Source: Clostridia bacterium (lineage in GTDB: Bacteria; CBDUZB01; JAGLHV01). Taken from it: 63,701 nucleotides of DNA. Made by a program: the position numbers and the translations under genes. The stretch lies in NCBI GenBank assembly GCA_030637025.1, contig DAOVVV010000011.1, positions 1 through 63,701 of the forward strand, in the 5' to 3' direction. The notes under the pieces are model-generated. The model ran no database searches. It was not told the origin of the DNA and worked only from the letters and a program-made list of their open reading frames with translations. Numbering within the stretch: the first letter of the stretch is position 1; every line of letters starts with the position of its first letter. Shown piece by piece: positions 18,001 through 26,195 of the stretch.

Positions 18001-20029
18001 TAACCGGATTATGGTATATTTGTGGTATTATTTTTATCTCATATTCATTAGTAGATAAATATATTGGCTGCCCATAAGACTGTGGAAAGAAGGAGTCAAT
18101 AAGGGAATATTTGTTTTTTCCTATCCGGTATCCTTCAATTCCATCCAGTTTTATTTGCTGATGGGTGGATTGTAGGGCTTCTGTAAATCTTTCTTTAATC
18201 TGGGGAAAATTTTTCGGAATAAATTTAGTTAAGTTATTGTTTTCTTTTTTCAAAGTTTGCAGATTTCCGTTGATTATTTTATCCCATTCTCTCTGTGCCT
18301 CTTTTCTTAAACCAATTGACTGATAAAAAAGTCCGAGATTATAACATGTTTTAATTATTTCAGGGTCTTGTTTGATAATCTCTATACAACTATTTATTGC
18401 TTTTTTCATATTTCCTGAATAGGCATAGGCACAAGCAAGGTTATTTTTTACCTCTAAATTGCCGGGTTTTAATAAGGATGCTTTCTCCAGTATTTTCAAT
18501 GCTTTTTTGTAGTTACCGTTATTAAAACAGGCAATACCCAGATTATGCAAACCTTCAAAGAAATCCACTTTTTTTTGAACGGATTGGCGGTATTTATTTA
18601 TTACTTGCTTTGTATGTCCTCTGTTTGCCCAAATCATGCCTAAATCATTCAATGCCTGTGCATATTGGGGGTCTATTTTAAGGCATAGTTCAAATTCTTC
18701 TATTGCTTTATCAAATTCTCCTTTTGATGCATAAGCTCTGCCCATACCATAATGGAGGGTAGCTGATTGTGGACAGGTTTTTAAGTTTTCAATGACAAGT
18801 GTTCGGTGGTTTTGCCATGTTTTATTGCGATGGATAGTTAAAAAGGAATAAATCAAAATTAACGGTATAAAGGTAAAAAATATAGCATATTGAAGTTTTT
18901 TATTTTTTAAATTAGTTAAAATTACAGCAAGCACTAATCCGAATCCAATAGTAGATAAATATAAAAACCGTTCATTGATTATTGTTCTTATCGGAATGAT
19001 GTTGGATACAGGAAGAAGGTTGATAAAGAAAAAAAGTATGCCAAAACTAATTATAGGTTTTCTTTTTCTGATTTTCCAGGCTGTATAAACTAAACCGGAT
19101 AATATTAGTAATGAAAATAAAACTTTTGGCTCAAATATACTATGACTTACCGGGAAAAGATATTCAACACTTAAAGGGTAAGGAATAAACATCAATTTAA
19201 GATAATGGAAAAATCCTTTGGACATGGTTAAAAGAGTAGGATATAATCCACCGGCCCAATATGTAGTTTGAGATAACCGTCCCAGTAATAAGTAACGGGT
19301 TGCTACAAATATAGCAGTAATAAGAAAATAAGGTATTGTATAACCGTAATTAAATAGAAAAGAAAAGTATCGGTTATTTTTTTCTTTGTTATTTAAAACA
19401 GATTGAGTGAGAAAAAGATACTCGTATAATAAAATAACCAGGGGAAAACTTACTGCCATTTCTTTGGAAAGCAAGGAAAAGGAAAAAAATATAAGGGATA
19501 GATAGTAACAAAACAGATTATTAATTTTACGGAATTTTATGTATAAAATTAAACAGGATAAATAGAATATGGAAAATAGTAAATTACTGCGTTGTGATAT
19601 CCATGCTACCGATTCGGTTTGAACCGGGTGAGCAATGAAAATGAGACTGACCATCAAAGCAATGCTTTTTTTTTTAATAAGCAAAAGCAGTAAAAGATAA
19701 ATAAGTAAGCCATTGAGTAAATGAAGTATTATATTAGTAAAATGAAACGTTTTAGGGTTGAGTCCGGAGAAGTGGTAATTAAGGGCATAGGATAGTGTAG
19801 TTATTGGCCGCCAGACATCACAATTCATTTGTGAATTGTGGGATGTGGTATTTCTGTCAATTAAAAATCGTAAGGGGTCATTGAGAGAGCGGATAGCAGG
19901 ATTAAGAACGATAAAAGTATCATCGTCATAAAGAAAGTCATTTTTAAGGGTATTAGCATAAATTGAAAAACCTAAAATAATAATCAGCAGAGGGAAAAAA
20001 AAATAAGTTAATTTGTTTTTTTTAGTCAT
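14627..20029 (-). CDS. 1800-aa fusion: TMTC-like GT-C + TPR + linker domain + 14 Kelch repeats + shared pilin-like domain
   Basis: NDFLYDD, WRPITTLSY, HPVQTESVAWISQR, SKEMA and ERFLYL (TMTC-like). TPRs, then FPILVDP. Fourteen repeats of T-LLPNGKVLVTGG...CELYDP..GTW, then the shared cassette. Confidence 0.85.
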   Translation of the reverse strand: MTKKNKLTYFFFPLLIIILGFSIYANTLKNDFLYDDDTFIVLNPAIRSLNDPLRFLIDRNTTSHNSQMNCDVWRPITTLSYALNYHFSGLNPKTFHFTNIILHLLNGLLIYLLLLLLIKKKSIALMVSLIFIAHPVQTESVAWISQRSNLLFSIFYLSCLILYIKFRKINNLFCYYLSLIFFSFSLLSKEMAVSFPLVILLYEYLFLTQSVLNNKEKNNRYFSFLFNYGYTIPYFLITAIFVATRYLLLGRLSQTTYWAGGLYPTLLTMSKGFFHYLKLMFIPYPLSVEYLFPVSHSIFEPKVLFSLLILSGLVYTAWKIRKRKPIISFGILFFFINLLPVSNIIPIRTIINERFLYLSTIGFGLVLAVILTNLKNKKLQYAIFFTFIPLILIYSFLTIHRNKTWQNHRTLVIENLKTCPQSATLHYGMGRAYASKGEFDKAIEEFELCLKIDPQYAQALNDLGMIWANRGHTKQVINKYRQSVQKKVDFFEGLHNLGIACFNNGNYKKALKILEKASLLKPGNLEVKNNLACAYAYSGNMKKAINSCIEIIKQDPEIIKTCYNLGLFYQSIGLRKEAQREWDKIINGNLQTLKKENNNLTKFIPKNFPQIKERFTEALQSTHQQIKLDGIEGYRIGKNKYSLIDSFFPQSYGQPIYLSTNEYEIKIIPQIYHNPVNCLSVKTQVEAGIISYHSAYPGTDVLYLATAQGIEEMLFIHSPPVEKTVYPVEKIKPTLSDKEISFSYQLSLKGKANSFFLGKEGNLQILDKKGNLTLILSRPEIIDICGQKRKGFFILKKLPNVKDMFGNIQPSAILHLCFNFDRLKFPILVDPVWKQPTDSTMSSTRDYLTTTLLPNGKILVTGGRNNAAAVLSTCELYDPSMGTWSTTGSMSTTREEHIAVLLPNGKVLVTGGIDGSASLSTAELYNPSLGTWATTNPMSAVRCTHMPTLLPNGKLLVAGGWNMGTNQTVSTCEIYDPSLGTWSTTNSMSTQRMGQNSNILPNGKVLVTGGYISQSTTFLSTCEIYDPALGTWTTTNSMSQGKLEHTTTLLPNGLVLAAGGYLGLFGGSVVTCQLYDPSTGTWSTTSPMSAKRRAHTATLLPNGKLLVSGGHDTDWMGATPHSTCELYTPSGGTWSTTDAMSVARYYHSTISLPNNQVLTVGGYNDSVRHSSCELYDPSSAAWSTSNSLNTERFMHTATLIPNGKVLVTGGNDGTSYFSTCELYDPSAGTWSTTNSMNTTRSQHLPILLANGKVLVSGGYDGTNYFSTCELYDFSAGTWSTTGSMNSNRYTHSAALLGDGKVLVSGGNNGSGPLSTCELYNPSATTWSTTGSLSGLRDTHTTTLLANGQVLITGGDNGSSSLSTCELYNPSATTWSTTGSMSTTKKSHTATLLPNNKVLVTGGIINSAASAVCELYNPTTATWSTTGSLNTAIYEHFALLLPSGKVLVSGGTDGTNYLSNCELYDPASGSWSTTASLNTSRKNHTATLLPNGKILIAGGENSSGALDSCESALYTEYDYTTYASIMQPSISTYPQQVNPNTSYDLTGTRFKAYSQATGGSYCQMNSPTNYPRVYLQFMNSGNYNFTCPSGYFIDVSTSVYPMTNGEWANADTQISFTTPADLPQGYYLLYVLANAIPSEAKIIKYEDSGSTISISISSSGYDFGTVLKNSTNVATSSITVTNNGNVNERYSLNLASPAGWTCVTDTVPGAEEFRMCGNFQTATAQASHFVIAVSSSDAIGTAQSVCSIADFAKDNEGEAAKGYNVPPSEDRYLWFRFESPSSTTQKTQQTITVTITAEQQP

Positions 20030-20055
20030 ATTTGTTTTCTCTTAAATATTTTATT

Positions 20056-20506
20056 TTACGGCTGCTCTTCAGCCGTTATAGTTACGGTTATGGTTCGTTG
20101 TGTTTTTTGTGTAGTACTGGTGGGTGATTCAAACCTGAACCATAAATATCTATCTTGACCGGAAGGAACATTATATCCTTTAGCTGCTTCTCCTTCGTCA
20201 TCTTTGGCAAAATCTCCTGTAGAACATGCCCGCTGAGGGGTTCCGACAGCATCGGAAAAACTTCCTCCGATATCAAAATGGCTGGTTTGTGCGGTAGCCG
20301 TCTGGAAATTACCGCAAAGCCGGAATTCTTCTGCCCCGGGAGCAGTATCAGTAACGCATGTCCAGCCGGCAGGGGCAGCAAGGTGAAGAGAATAGCGTTC
20401 GTTGACTCCTCCATTATTGGTGACAGTAATGGAACTTACGATGATATTGGTACTTCCTTTAAGTACTGTGCCAAAATCATAAATAGAAGAATCGATAGAA
20501 ATATTT
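20056..20506 (-). repeat. Shared 3' cassette copy 6
   Basis: Near-identical to copies 1 and 2. Confidence 0.95.
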
Positions 20507-23500
20507 AGTCCTCCGCTGCGTGAAGCCTGGTCTGTATTGGCGTAAGCACCCATATTAACCCTATCTCCGTTATCTTCAGTTTCATTATCATAATATGTAT
20601 ACTCTGTGCCACCGGAATAAGGAGTTCCGCTATCAATACAGGGGCTGGACTCATCGTCGTCAATCCAGCCGCCGGTTGTCCAGTGGCCGTTTAAGGATTT
20701 TAAATGAAAATCAGTGCCGGGAGTTACGAATTTAGGGTCTCCTGATATTGAATTTTGATCAGGAGCGGGAGTGATAGGACAACTTTGCCAGGAAACAAGG
20801 TCGGCAAAAGAATCTACGATATTATCAGCATAGAATCCCCAATCATAAGCTAAGAAATTGCCGGGAGCAATTTGAAAGATATTATAATCTGAGTTGGGGT
20901 CATTATTTTCAAAGTCACCGGGCCGAATAAAACCCATTTCTAATTCCGAAGAACAATTATTAATACAAAAAATATTATTCCTAATTGTATAGGCAATTCC
21001 TGTTGATCCTATTCGGATAGAATAAATAACATCATAAAATGTATTATTGTAAACTTCACAACCTTCACCTAATCCCCAGATTGCACAGCTATTATGATTA
21101 AAGTTTGGTAGAGGACTAATAAAAGTTAAATCATGAAAGACACAATTACGTATAGTTGTATTGGAAGTTGGGTGAATTCCATGCGATTTTGTTCCTGTGA
21201 AGTTTATTCCTTCAACCGTAACATAAGGAATAGAAATCATTAAGCATCCATAGGAATTGTAACTATCCACACTAGTAAATAAAACTGTACTATTATCGTT
21301 TTTCCATGTAGCTCTTTCTCCGCTTTTACAACGGATAGTTAATGTGTCGCTGGAAGTAGTAGTCAGACCGGAAAGCGCAACTCCCTCTATATAATCATCA
21401 CTATTTTGAATTTGAATAAAAAAAGGATCTTTGCCGGTTAAATCATTGGATTCATTGGTGCAAATGTCGGAAAACGCCTGGCCAATGGTTTTCCAGCAGT
21501 TATCCGGCACAGCATAATTACCATTAGGTACACCACTGTCATTAGGGGCATCGGAGTGGACATAATAGATAGTTCCTGTTTTAGTAGTAGCTTTATTTTC
21601 GTCACCTGAATAGGGGGCACTGGACCAGGAGCCATAATTAGAACTGTTATCATAAGCTTTTATGGCTACCCAGTAAGCTGTATTTGATTCTAAACCATAA
21701 ACTATCCTGTTTTCTGTTGTTCCGAAATTCACCGGGGTCCATGAAGAGGCGCCGGTATAAATTGTAGCGCTAGAGTAATTAGCAGAAGTTATTTGAGCAG
21801 TAGAAGAATATCTAACTTCGTATCCGGCACAGTTTCCCCCTCCTGCTCCATCGTCGCCGGGAGCAGTCCAGGTTAGATTTATAGAGCCGAAATCATTTCC
21901 GGTGTTAGCTTCAATATCAGTAATAGCTGCCGGAGGGATAGCAGGGGTATTTGCGGCATAAGCTTGTGCCTGGGTGCTGGTTTGGTCGGCATTTTCGTCA
22001 ATATCCGATATATTTAAACATTTATCAGTCGTTTTTATCGCAAAAAAATAAGTTGTACCCGGAGTCAGGTTATCTATATCCTTTGATTCCGAACTTCCCT
22101 GGGCTGCTACGGTCCAGGTCTGGGTGTGGGTGGATACATTTACATGATTCCACCATGTTTCGGTAGAGCCGGCAACTTGACAGGAAAAAGTTGCGTAGCG
22201 AACAGTATAGTAAGCATCTTCGGTATTATTTCCACTGGCTTCGTCATCCCCGGGAGCGGTCCAGGACAGGTCTATTTCTCCTTGTTCCGTACCCGTCTGG
22301 CCGGTTAGATCAGTTAAAGCGTTAGGCGGGGTGGTTTCACATTCAATATTTTTATAGGTTTTATTATTTGTTTCGTTAGATTCGGTAATTAGATTATCCG
22401 GGTCGATTTTTATATAAATATCATGACTTCCACCTGGGTAGGTCCAGGTACTGTTGATGATGTCCGTTCCGGAAGAAGGTATGGGGGTATTGATACAAAC
22501 GGTACTGATGAATATTCCGCTACTATCCGGGTCACCGTCATAGAACAGTACAAAAGTCCCTGTATATGCTCTAAACCAGAAATCATCCGTAGCAGTCATT
22601 ATTGACCATGGCTGACCTGAACCGGCATTGTATGCCAAATTACCACCTGAAAAATTTGTTCCGGTATCTCTGTCACACTGCCATCCCCAGCAGTTGGAGT
22701 TATCTGCGCCATTACCTTCGGCAACAATCCAATAGGTTGTTGCGTTACTTAAATCAGGAGGAGCAGAAAAGTCAAAATCAAGCCAGGTTTTAGTTCCGGA
22801 GCCACTGTCCAGAGTCGGGGCAGTGGCTAAAATATCAGCCCCGTTATTGCTTGGTTTCCCCGAGCCGTCATCATTGACTATTTTTACGGTTAAAGTTCCG
22901 CAAGTACCGGTAGCGGAAAGATATAAGCTTATTCTGCCTAATTTAATATTAGAGGATGGAGTGAATGATTGAGCCAGGAATTCGTCAGTATGAATAGCAT
23001 AACTATCAGTAGCTAAAGCTCCTACATTATCATCCCAATTTTGGTAAAGATGGGAATAATCATCCCCATTATTATGTATAGTTGCGGATATGGTAATTTC
23101 TCCTCCCGGGGGAGGATCGTCGTTGGAGAAGCTAATATCTGCTGCATTTAAAGTTAAATCAGATTGAAGATAAATAATAACCTTTACATAGTTAATAGAC
23201 ATTGTGCTGTGTGCAGGAGCGAATGAGTCTGCCTCATAAGCTAATAAGGTAATATACCCGGAACCATCTATATAATTTGCACAGTTGGAAACTTTTGTAT
23301 TACTTAAGGTGACATCTGTTGTCCCTACATTTGCCTGCTCCAGCAGTTCATACGCCGAGCTATTATAATTCCAGATAAGAAATCTTAGCGGATAGGTGCT
23401 TCCCTGATTGCCTTTCCATTCGGCATAAATCATTCCTACATTGGCCGGGGTTTCATTAACCTTGATTTTACAGCGAATAGCACAGTCATCTCCGGCCCCG

Positions 23501-23775
23501 GGATCGGGAAAGACGGCATAAGAAGTGTCGGAGGTTTCAATTCCCTGATATTCAGCGGTGCTAATTTCAGTAGCGGGAATGGTATTACTGGTAGGATCTG
23601 CGGTTACATCAATTTCATAACCATAGGCAATATGGGAAGAAGAAGGATTGGTAACACCCGTAAAATCATAGGTGGTGGCACCAAAAGCAGGTAAACAAAG
23701 AATAATTAACAGAATAATGGAAAAAAAAAAGAGTTTAATTTTTGGTAAAAGAAATTCTTTAACTAAGTTTATCAT
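20056..23775 (-). CDS. Secreted adhesin-like protein: beta-sandwich domains, CARDB-like, 2x FN3, parallel beta-helix, shared pilin-like domain
   Basis: Likely start MINLV at 23775 after GGAGG. Signal peptide, AQSFTP domain, IDPDNLITESNETNN (CARDB) and two WTAPGDD FN3 domains. The beta-helix is homologous to that in 1921-4545. Confidence 0.8.
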   Translation of the reverse strand: MINLVKEFLLPKIKLFFFSIILLIILCLPAFGATTYDFTGVTNPSSSHIAYGYEIDVTADPTSNTIPATEISTAEYQGIETSDTSYAVFPDPGAGDDCAIRCKIKVNETPANVGMIYAEWKGNQGSTYPLRFLIWNYNSSAYELLEQANVGTTDVTLSNTKVSNCANYIDGSGYITLLAYEADSFAPAHSTMSINYVKVIIYLQSDLTLNAADISFSNDDPPPGGEITISATIHNNGDDYSHLYQNWDDNVGALATDSYAIHTDEFLAQSFTPSSNIKLGRISLYLSATGTCGTLTVKIVNDDGSGKPSNNGADILATAPTLDSGSGTKTWLDFDFSAPPDLSNATTYWIVAEGNGADNSNCWGWQCDRDTGTNFSGGNLAYNAGSGQPWSIMTATDDFWFRAYTGTFVLFYDGDPDSSGIFISTVCINTPIPSSGTDIINSTWTYPGGSHDIYIKIDPDNLITESNETNNKTYKNIECETTPPNALTDLTGQTGTEQGEIDLSWTAPGDDEASGNNTEDAYYTVRYATFSCQVAGSTETWWNHVNVSTHTQTWTVAAQGSSESKDIDNLTPGTTYFFAIKTTDKCLNISDIDENADQTSTQAQAYAANTPAIPPAAITDIEANTGNDFGSINLTWTAPGDDGAGGGNCAGYEVRYSSTAQITSANYSSATIYTGASSWTPVNFGTTENRIVYGLESNTAYWVAIKAYDNSSNYGSWSSAPYSGDENKATTKTGTIYYVHSDAPNDSGVPNGNYAVPDNCWKTIGQAFSDICTNESNDLTGKDPFFIQIQNSDDYIEGVALSGLTTTSSDTLTIRCKSGERATWKNDNSTVLFTSVDSYNSYGCLMISIPYVTVEGINFTGTKSHGIHPTSNTTIRNCVFHDLTFISPLPNFNHNSCAIWGLGEGCEVYNNTFYDVIYSIRIGSTGIAYTIRNNIFCINNCSSELEMGFIRPGDFENNDPNSDYNIFQIAPGNFLAYDWGFYADNIVDSFADLVSWQSCPITPAPDQNSISGDPKFVTPGTDFHLKSLNGHWTTGGWIDDDESSPCIDSGTPYSGGTEYTYYDNETEDNGDRVNMGAYANTDQASRSGGLNISIDSSIYDFGTVLKGSTNIIVSSITVTNNGGVNERYSLHLAAPAGWTCVTDTAPGAEEFRLCGNFQTATAQTSHFDIGGSFSDAVGTPQRACSTGDFAKDDEGEAAKGYNVPSGQDRYLWFRFESPTSTTQKTQRTITVTITAEEQP

Positions 23776-23811
23776 AAAAATTAAAAAACCTCCCAATATT
23801 TACAAATAATA

Positions 23812-23985
23812 AGAGTTCTGCGAAATAGCTTTTTGTCTTTTTTGCCTGCCCGCTCCGCCTTAGGCGGATAGGGAAGGTCATTCCTGCGAAAGCAGGAAGC
23901 TATTGATATTTAAGAACATTATAGATTCCGCATCATCCGCCTGAGGCGGAGTGGAATGACAGAATGTGCTATTTTGCAGAAGTCT
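23812..23985. mobile_element. MITE-like element containing REP-like palindromes
   Basis: Terminal inverted repeats AGAGTTCTGCGAAATAGC / AGACTTCTGCAAAATAGC. Flanking direct repeat TTACAAATAATA at 23800-23811 and 23987-23998. Internal TCCGCCTTAGGCGGA, TTCCTGCGAAAGCAGGAA and TCCGCCTGAGGCGGA palindromes. Confidence 0.7.
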
Positions 23986-23999
23986 ATTACAAATAATAG

Positions 24000-25745
24000 T
24001 TATCTGGCTACTACAACTGTTCCGTTTATTGCTTTTTCGTTAACTTTCAATTGATATACATAAACACCGCTTCTTGCTTTTCTTCCGTCATTGAATCTTC
24101 CGTCCCAGCAAAGAGAATTAGTTATTTCTCCGGGAACTAGATCTGCTACATAAGAGCCGCCTAAATCATAAATTTTGCCGGTAACTGCCTCATTATTAGG
24201 ATTTTCAAAGACAAAGTTAGCAACATCATTTATTCCGTCACCATTAGGGCTAAAAATACGAGGATAAACATTGGTTAGGGTGAACCTGGAAAAAATTAAC
24301 CTTTGAATAATTTTATAATTACCCAGGTATCTGGAGTTAATAGAGATGGTTTGATTGGCTGTATCGACATTTCCTCCCAGATTTATCCATTCTACTCCGT
24401 TATGCCAGGAAATGACAAGTTGTTCATCAGCCTGAGCAGCAAAAATATCAGTTCCGCTAACGAATCCGTTACTGATGGGATAACGGAGAATAATTTCTAA
24501 TTCTGCTTCCGGAAAAACGCAATTAACTCTTCGGTTGTCGTTAAAGGTGTTAGCCGCAAACAGAAAAGAACAGATAGATCCGTCATTTACGCTTATTTGT
24601 GGTTGAGTGACGGTAAGTACTAAATCATCATTAAAATTATTGCTTTCTAAAAAGAGCGGAGAATTAATTGTTTCCGGAGTTAATATCCTGGTGTAAAAAT
24701 CTGTTGCCAGAGCAATAATATTTGTGTTAGTACTGCTATCAACGATCATTGTTGCATTAAGGCTTTCATTATTTGCAGAATCTTCTGCTTTTACCCGGTA
24801 ATAAAAGATTTGTCCGCTAACAGTATTGTCTGTCCAGAATAAATCGGTAACCAATGAACCGTTGACCAATGTCCAGATATCCAGATGGATATTATCAGTG
24901 CGATAGATATTATATCCGGCTAAATCAGTACAGGGTGTTCCGTCAACATTTTGAGTTACCGCATGCCAGTTTAAAGTAATACTGCTTCTATCCGGGCTTA
25001 AAGTTCCTCTTAACCCCGAGGGTTCTTTGGGAGCAAGGGTATCTATAAAAGGTAGTGTTGTTTGAGAAACAATATTACCGGCTGAGGTAATAATACTGTC
25101 TCCGTTATATCCGGATACCCGGTACCAATAAGTAGTGTTGTCATTTAAGCCGTTATCAGTGAAATTAGGAGTAGTAATATTATCCGACCAGGTTCTAATA
25201 AATCCCCATGTTCCGGGAACACCGCTATTATCCGGTGCCCTTTCTACGGCATAACGGGTGTTTCCACCTGTACCTGCTGTCCAGGAAAGTGAAATTGAAG
25301 TTTGAGTGCTGGTTGGTGAAATTAAACCAGTGGGGAAATTAGCTAAGGTATAGCGGGTATACTGATTAGAGGAAGTGCTTTCTCCTGAGCCATTAAAAGC
25401 TGTAACATATCGTCCATAGTGAGTATTTGCGTTTAACCCGCCTTCCGACCAGGTGGTTATATCTGTAATTACTTCTACTTTAAATCCGTCCGTAGAAGTA
25501 TAAATACGGTAACCATCTTCATTAGCTACATTATCCCATGACCATTGAATAGTAGTCGTAGATAAAGCTGTTCCAGTAAAATTAGTCGGGACAGGAGGTG
25601 TTTGAGGAATAATCATCACAGTGCAGTAAATATCTTCGGATAGGGCAGCAGCCAGGAAAGGGGTATAGAAAACCATTCCTATAGTTAACAGGCTAATGGT
25701 AAGAATCATTATGCGTAAAATGAAACTATTCCTTTTAGTCTTCAT
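24000..25745 (-). CDS. Putative pilus anchor/terminator: ALSEDIYCTV N-terminal strand + 3x FN3 + gliding-motility-associated (T9SS type B-like) CTD
   Basis: Signal peptide followed by ALSEDIYCTV and FN3 repeats. C-terminal PRIFSPNGDGIND...IYDLGG...WDG...SGVYVYQL...GTVVVAR. Confidence 0.8.
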   Translation of the reverse strand: MKTKRNSFILRIMILTISLLTIGMVFYTPFLAAALSEDIYCTVMIIPQTPPVPTNFTGTALSTTTIQWSWDNVANEDGYRIYTSTDGFKVEVITDITTWSEGGLNANTHYGRYVTAFNGSGESTSSNQYTRYTLANFPTGLISPTSTQTSISLSWTAGTGGNTRYAVERAPDNSGVPGTWGFIRTWSDNITTPNFTDNGLNDNTTYWYRVSGYNGDSIITSAGNIVSQTTLPFIDTLAPKEPSGLRGTLSPDRSSITLNWHAVTQNVDGTPCTDLAGYNIYRTDNIHLDIWTLVNGSLVTDLFWTDNTVSGQIFYYRVKAEDSANNESLNATMIVDSSTNTNIIALATDFYTRILTPETINSPLFLESNNFNDDLVLTVTQPQISVNDGSICSFLFAANTFNDNRRVNCVFPEAELEIILRYPISNGFVSGTDIFAAQADEQLVISWHNGVEWINLGGNVDTANQTISINSRYLGNYKIIQRLIFSRFTLTNVYPRIFSPNGDGINDVANFVFENPNNEAVTGKIYDLGGSYVADLVPGEITNSLCWDGRFNDGRKARSGVYVYQLKVNEKAINGTVVVAR

Positions 25746-26126
25746 TTTCCTAAGCCCCTTTGACTTTGTTTTACTTTAATTATCACAAGAAACCTCTCTA
25801 CTGCTTTCAGTTTTTATACTATTTCTTTTTCTTTGTTAAACTTTCTAACCTATATAACCACTGCTTAATTTAGTTAAACAGATTACGCCATTGATAAATT
25901 ACAGGTAAAGCAACAAATATTGTAGTTCATCGCCAAAGTTTACTGTTTGGGTTTTCTTTTCTCAGAGTGGATAATTGTTATTAACACAGAGTCTTTTAAA
26001 AGTATTAATTTATCTGTAGTTATTGGTTTTAGCTAAAATGACTAATTTAGCCGATTAATCAGTTATCATCCACTCAACAATTCAACCCGTTTTCCGTTTT
26101 AAAGAACCACACCTGTTCTCTTTTAG

Positions 26127-26166
26127 GACATAAGGAATATATTCTAAAGGGTAAATTCCTTATATC
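26127..26166 (-). terminator. Stem-loop 30 nt after the major-subunit stop codon (terminator or mRNA stabiliser)
   Basis: Minus strand GATATAAGGAATTTACCCT-TT-AGAATATATTCCTTATGTC forms a long imperfect hairpin. There is no clear U-tract. Confidence 0.45.
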
Positions 26167-26195
26167 TTTGTGAGAACTTACCTATTATACTATAC

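Noticed and set aside
1921-20506. Shufflon or invertase-driven cassette switching
   Set aside because: All copies are direct repeats on one strand, and no recombinase or inverted crossover sites were seen.
1971-20508. Recurrent alternative-frame ORFs (1971-2360, 5053-5394, 20088-20414, 5225-5491, 13811-14074, 14922-15146, 20155-20508) that resemble each other
   Set aside because: They are shadows of the repeated cassette in other frames, so their similarity follows from the DNA repeat.
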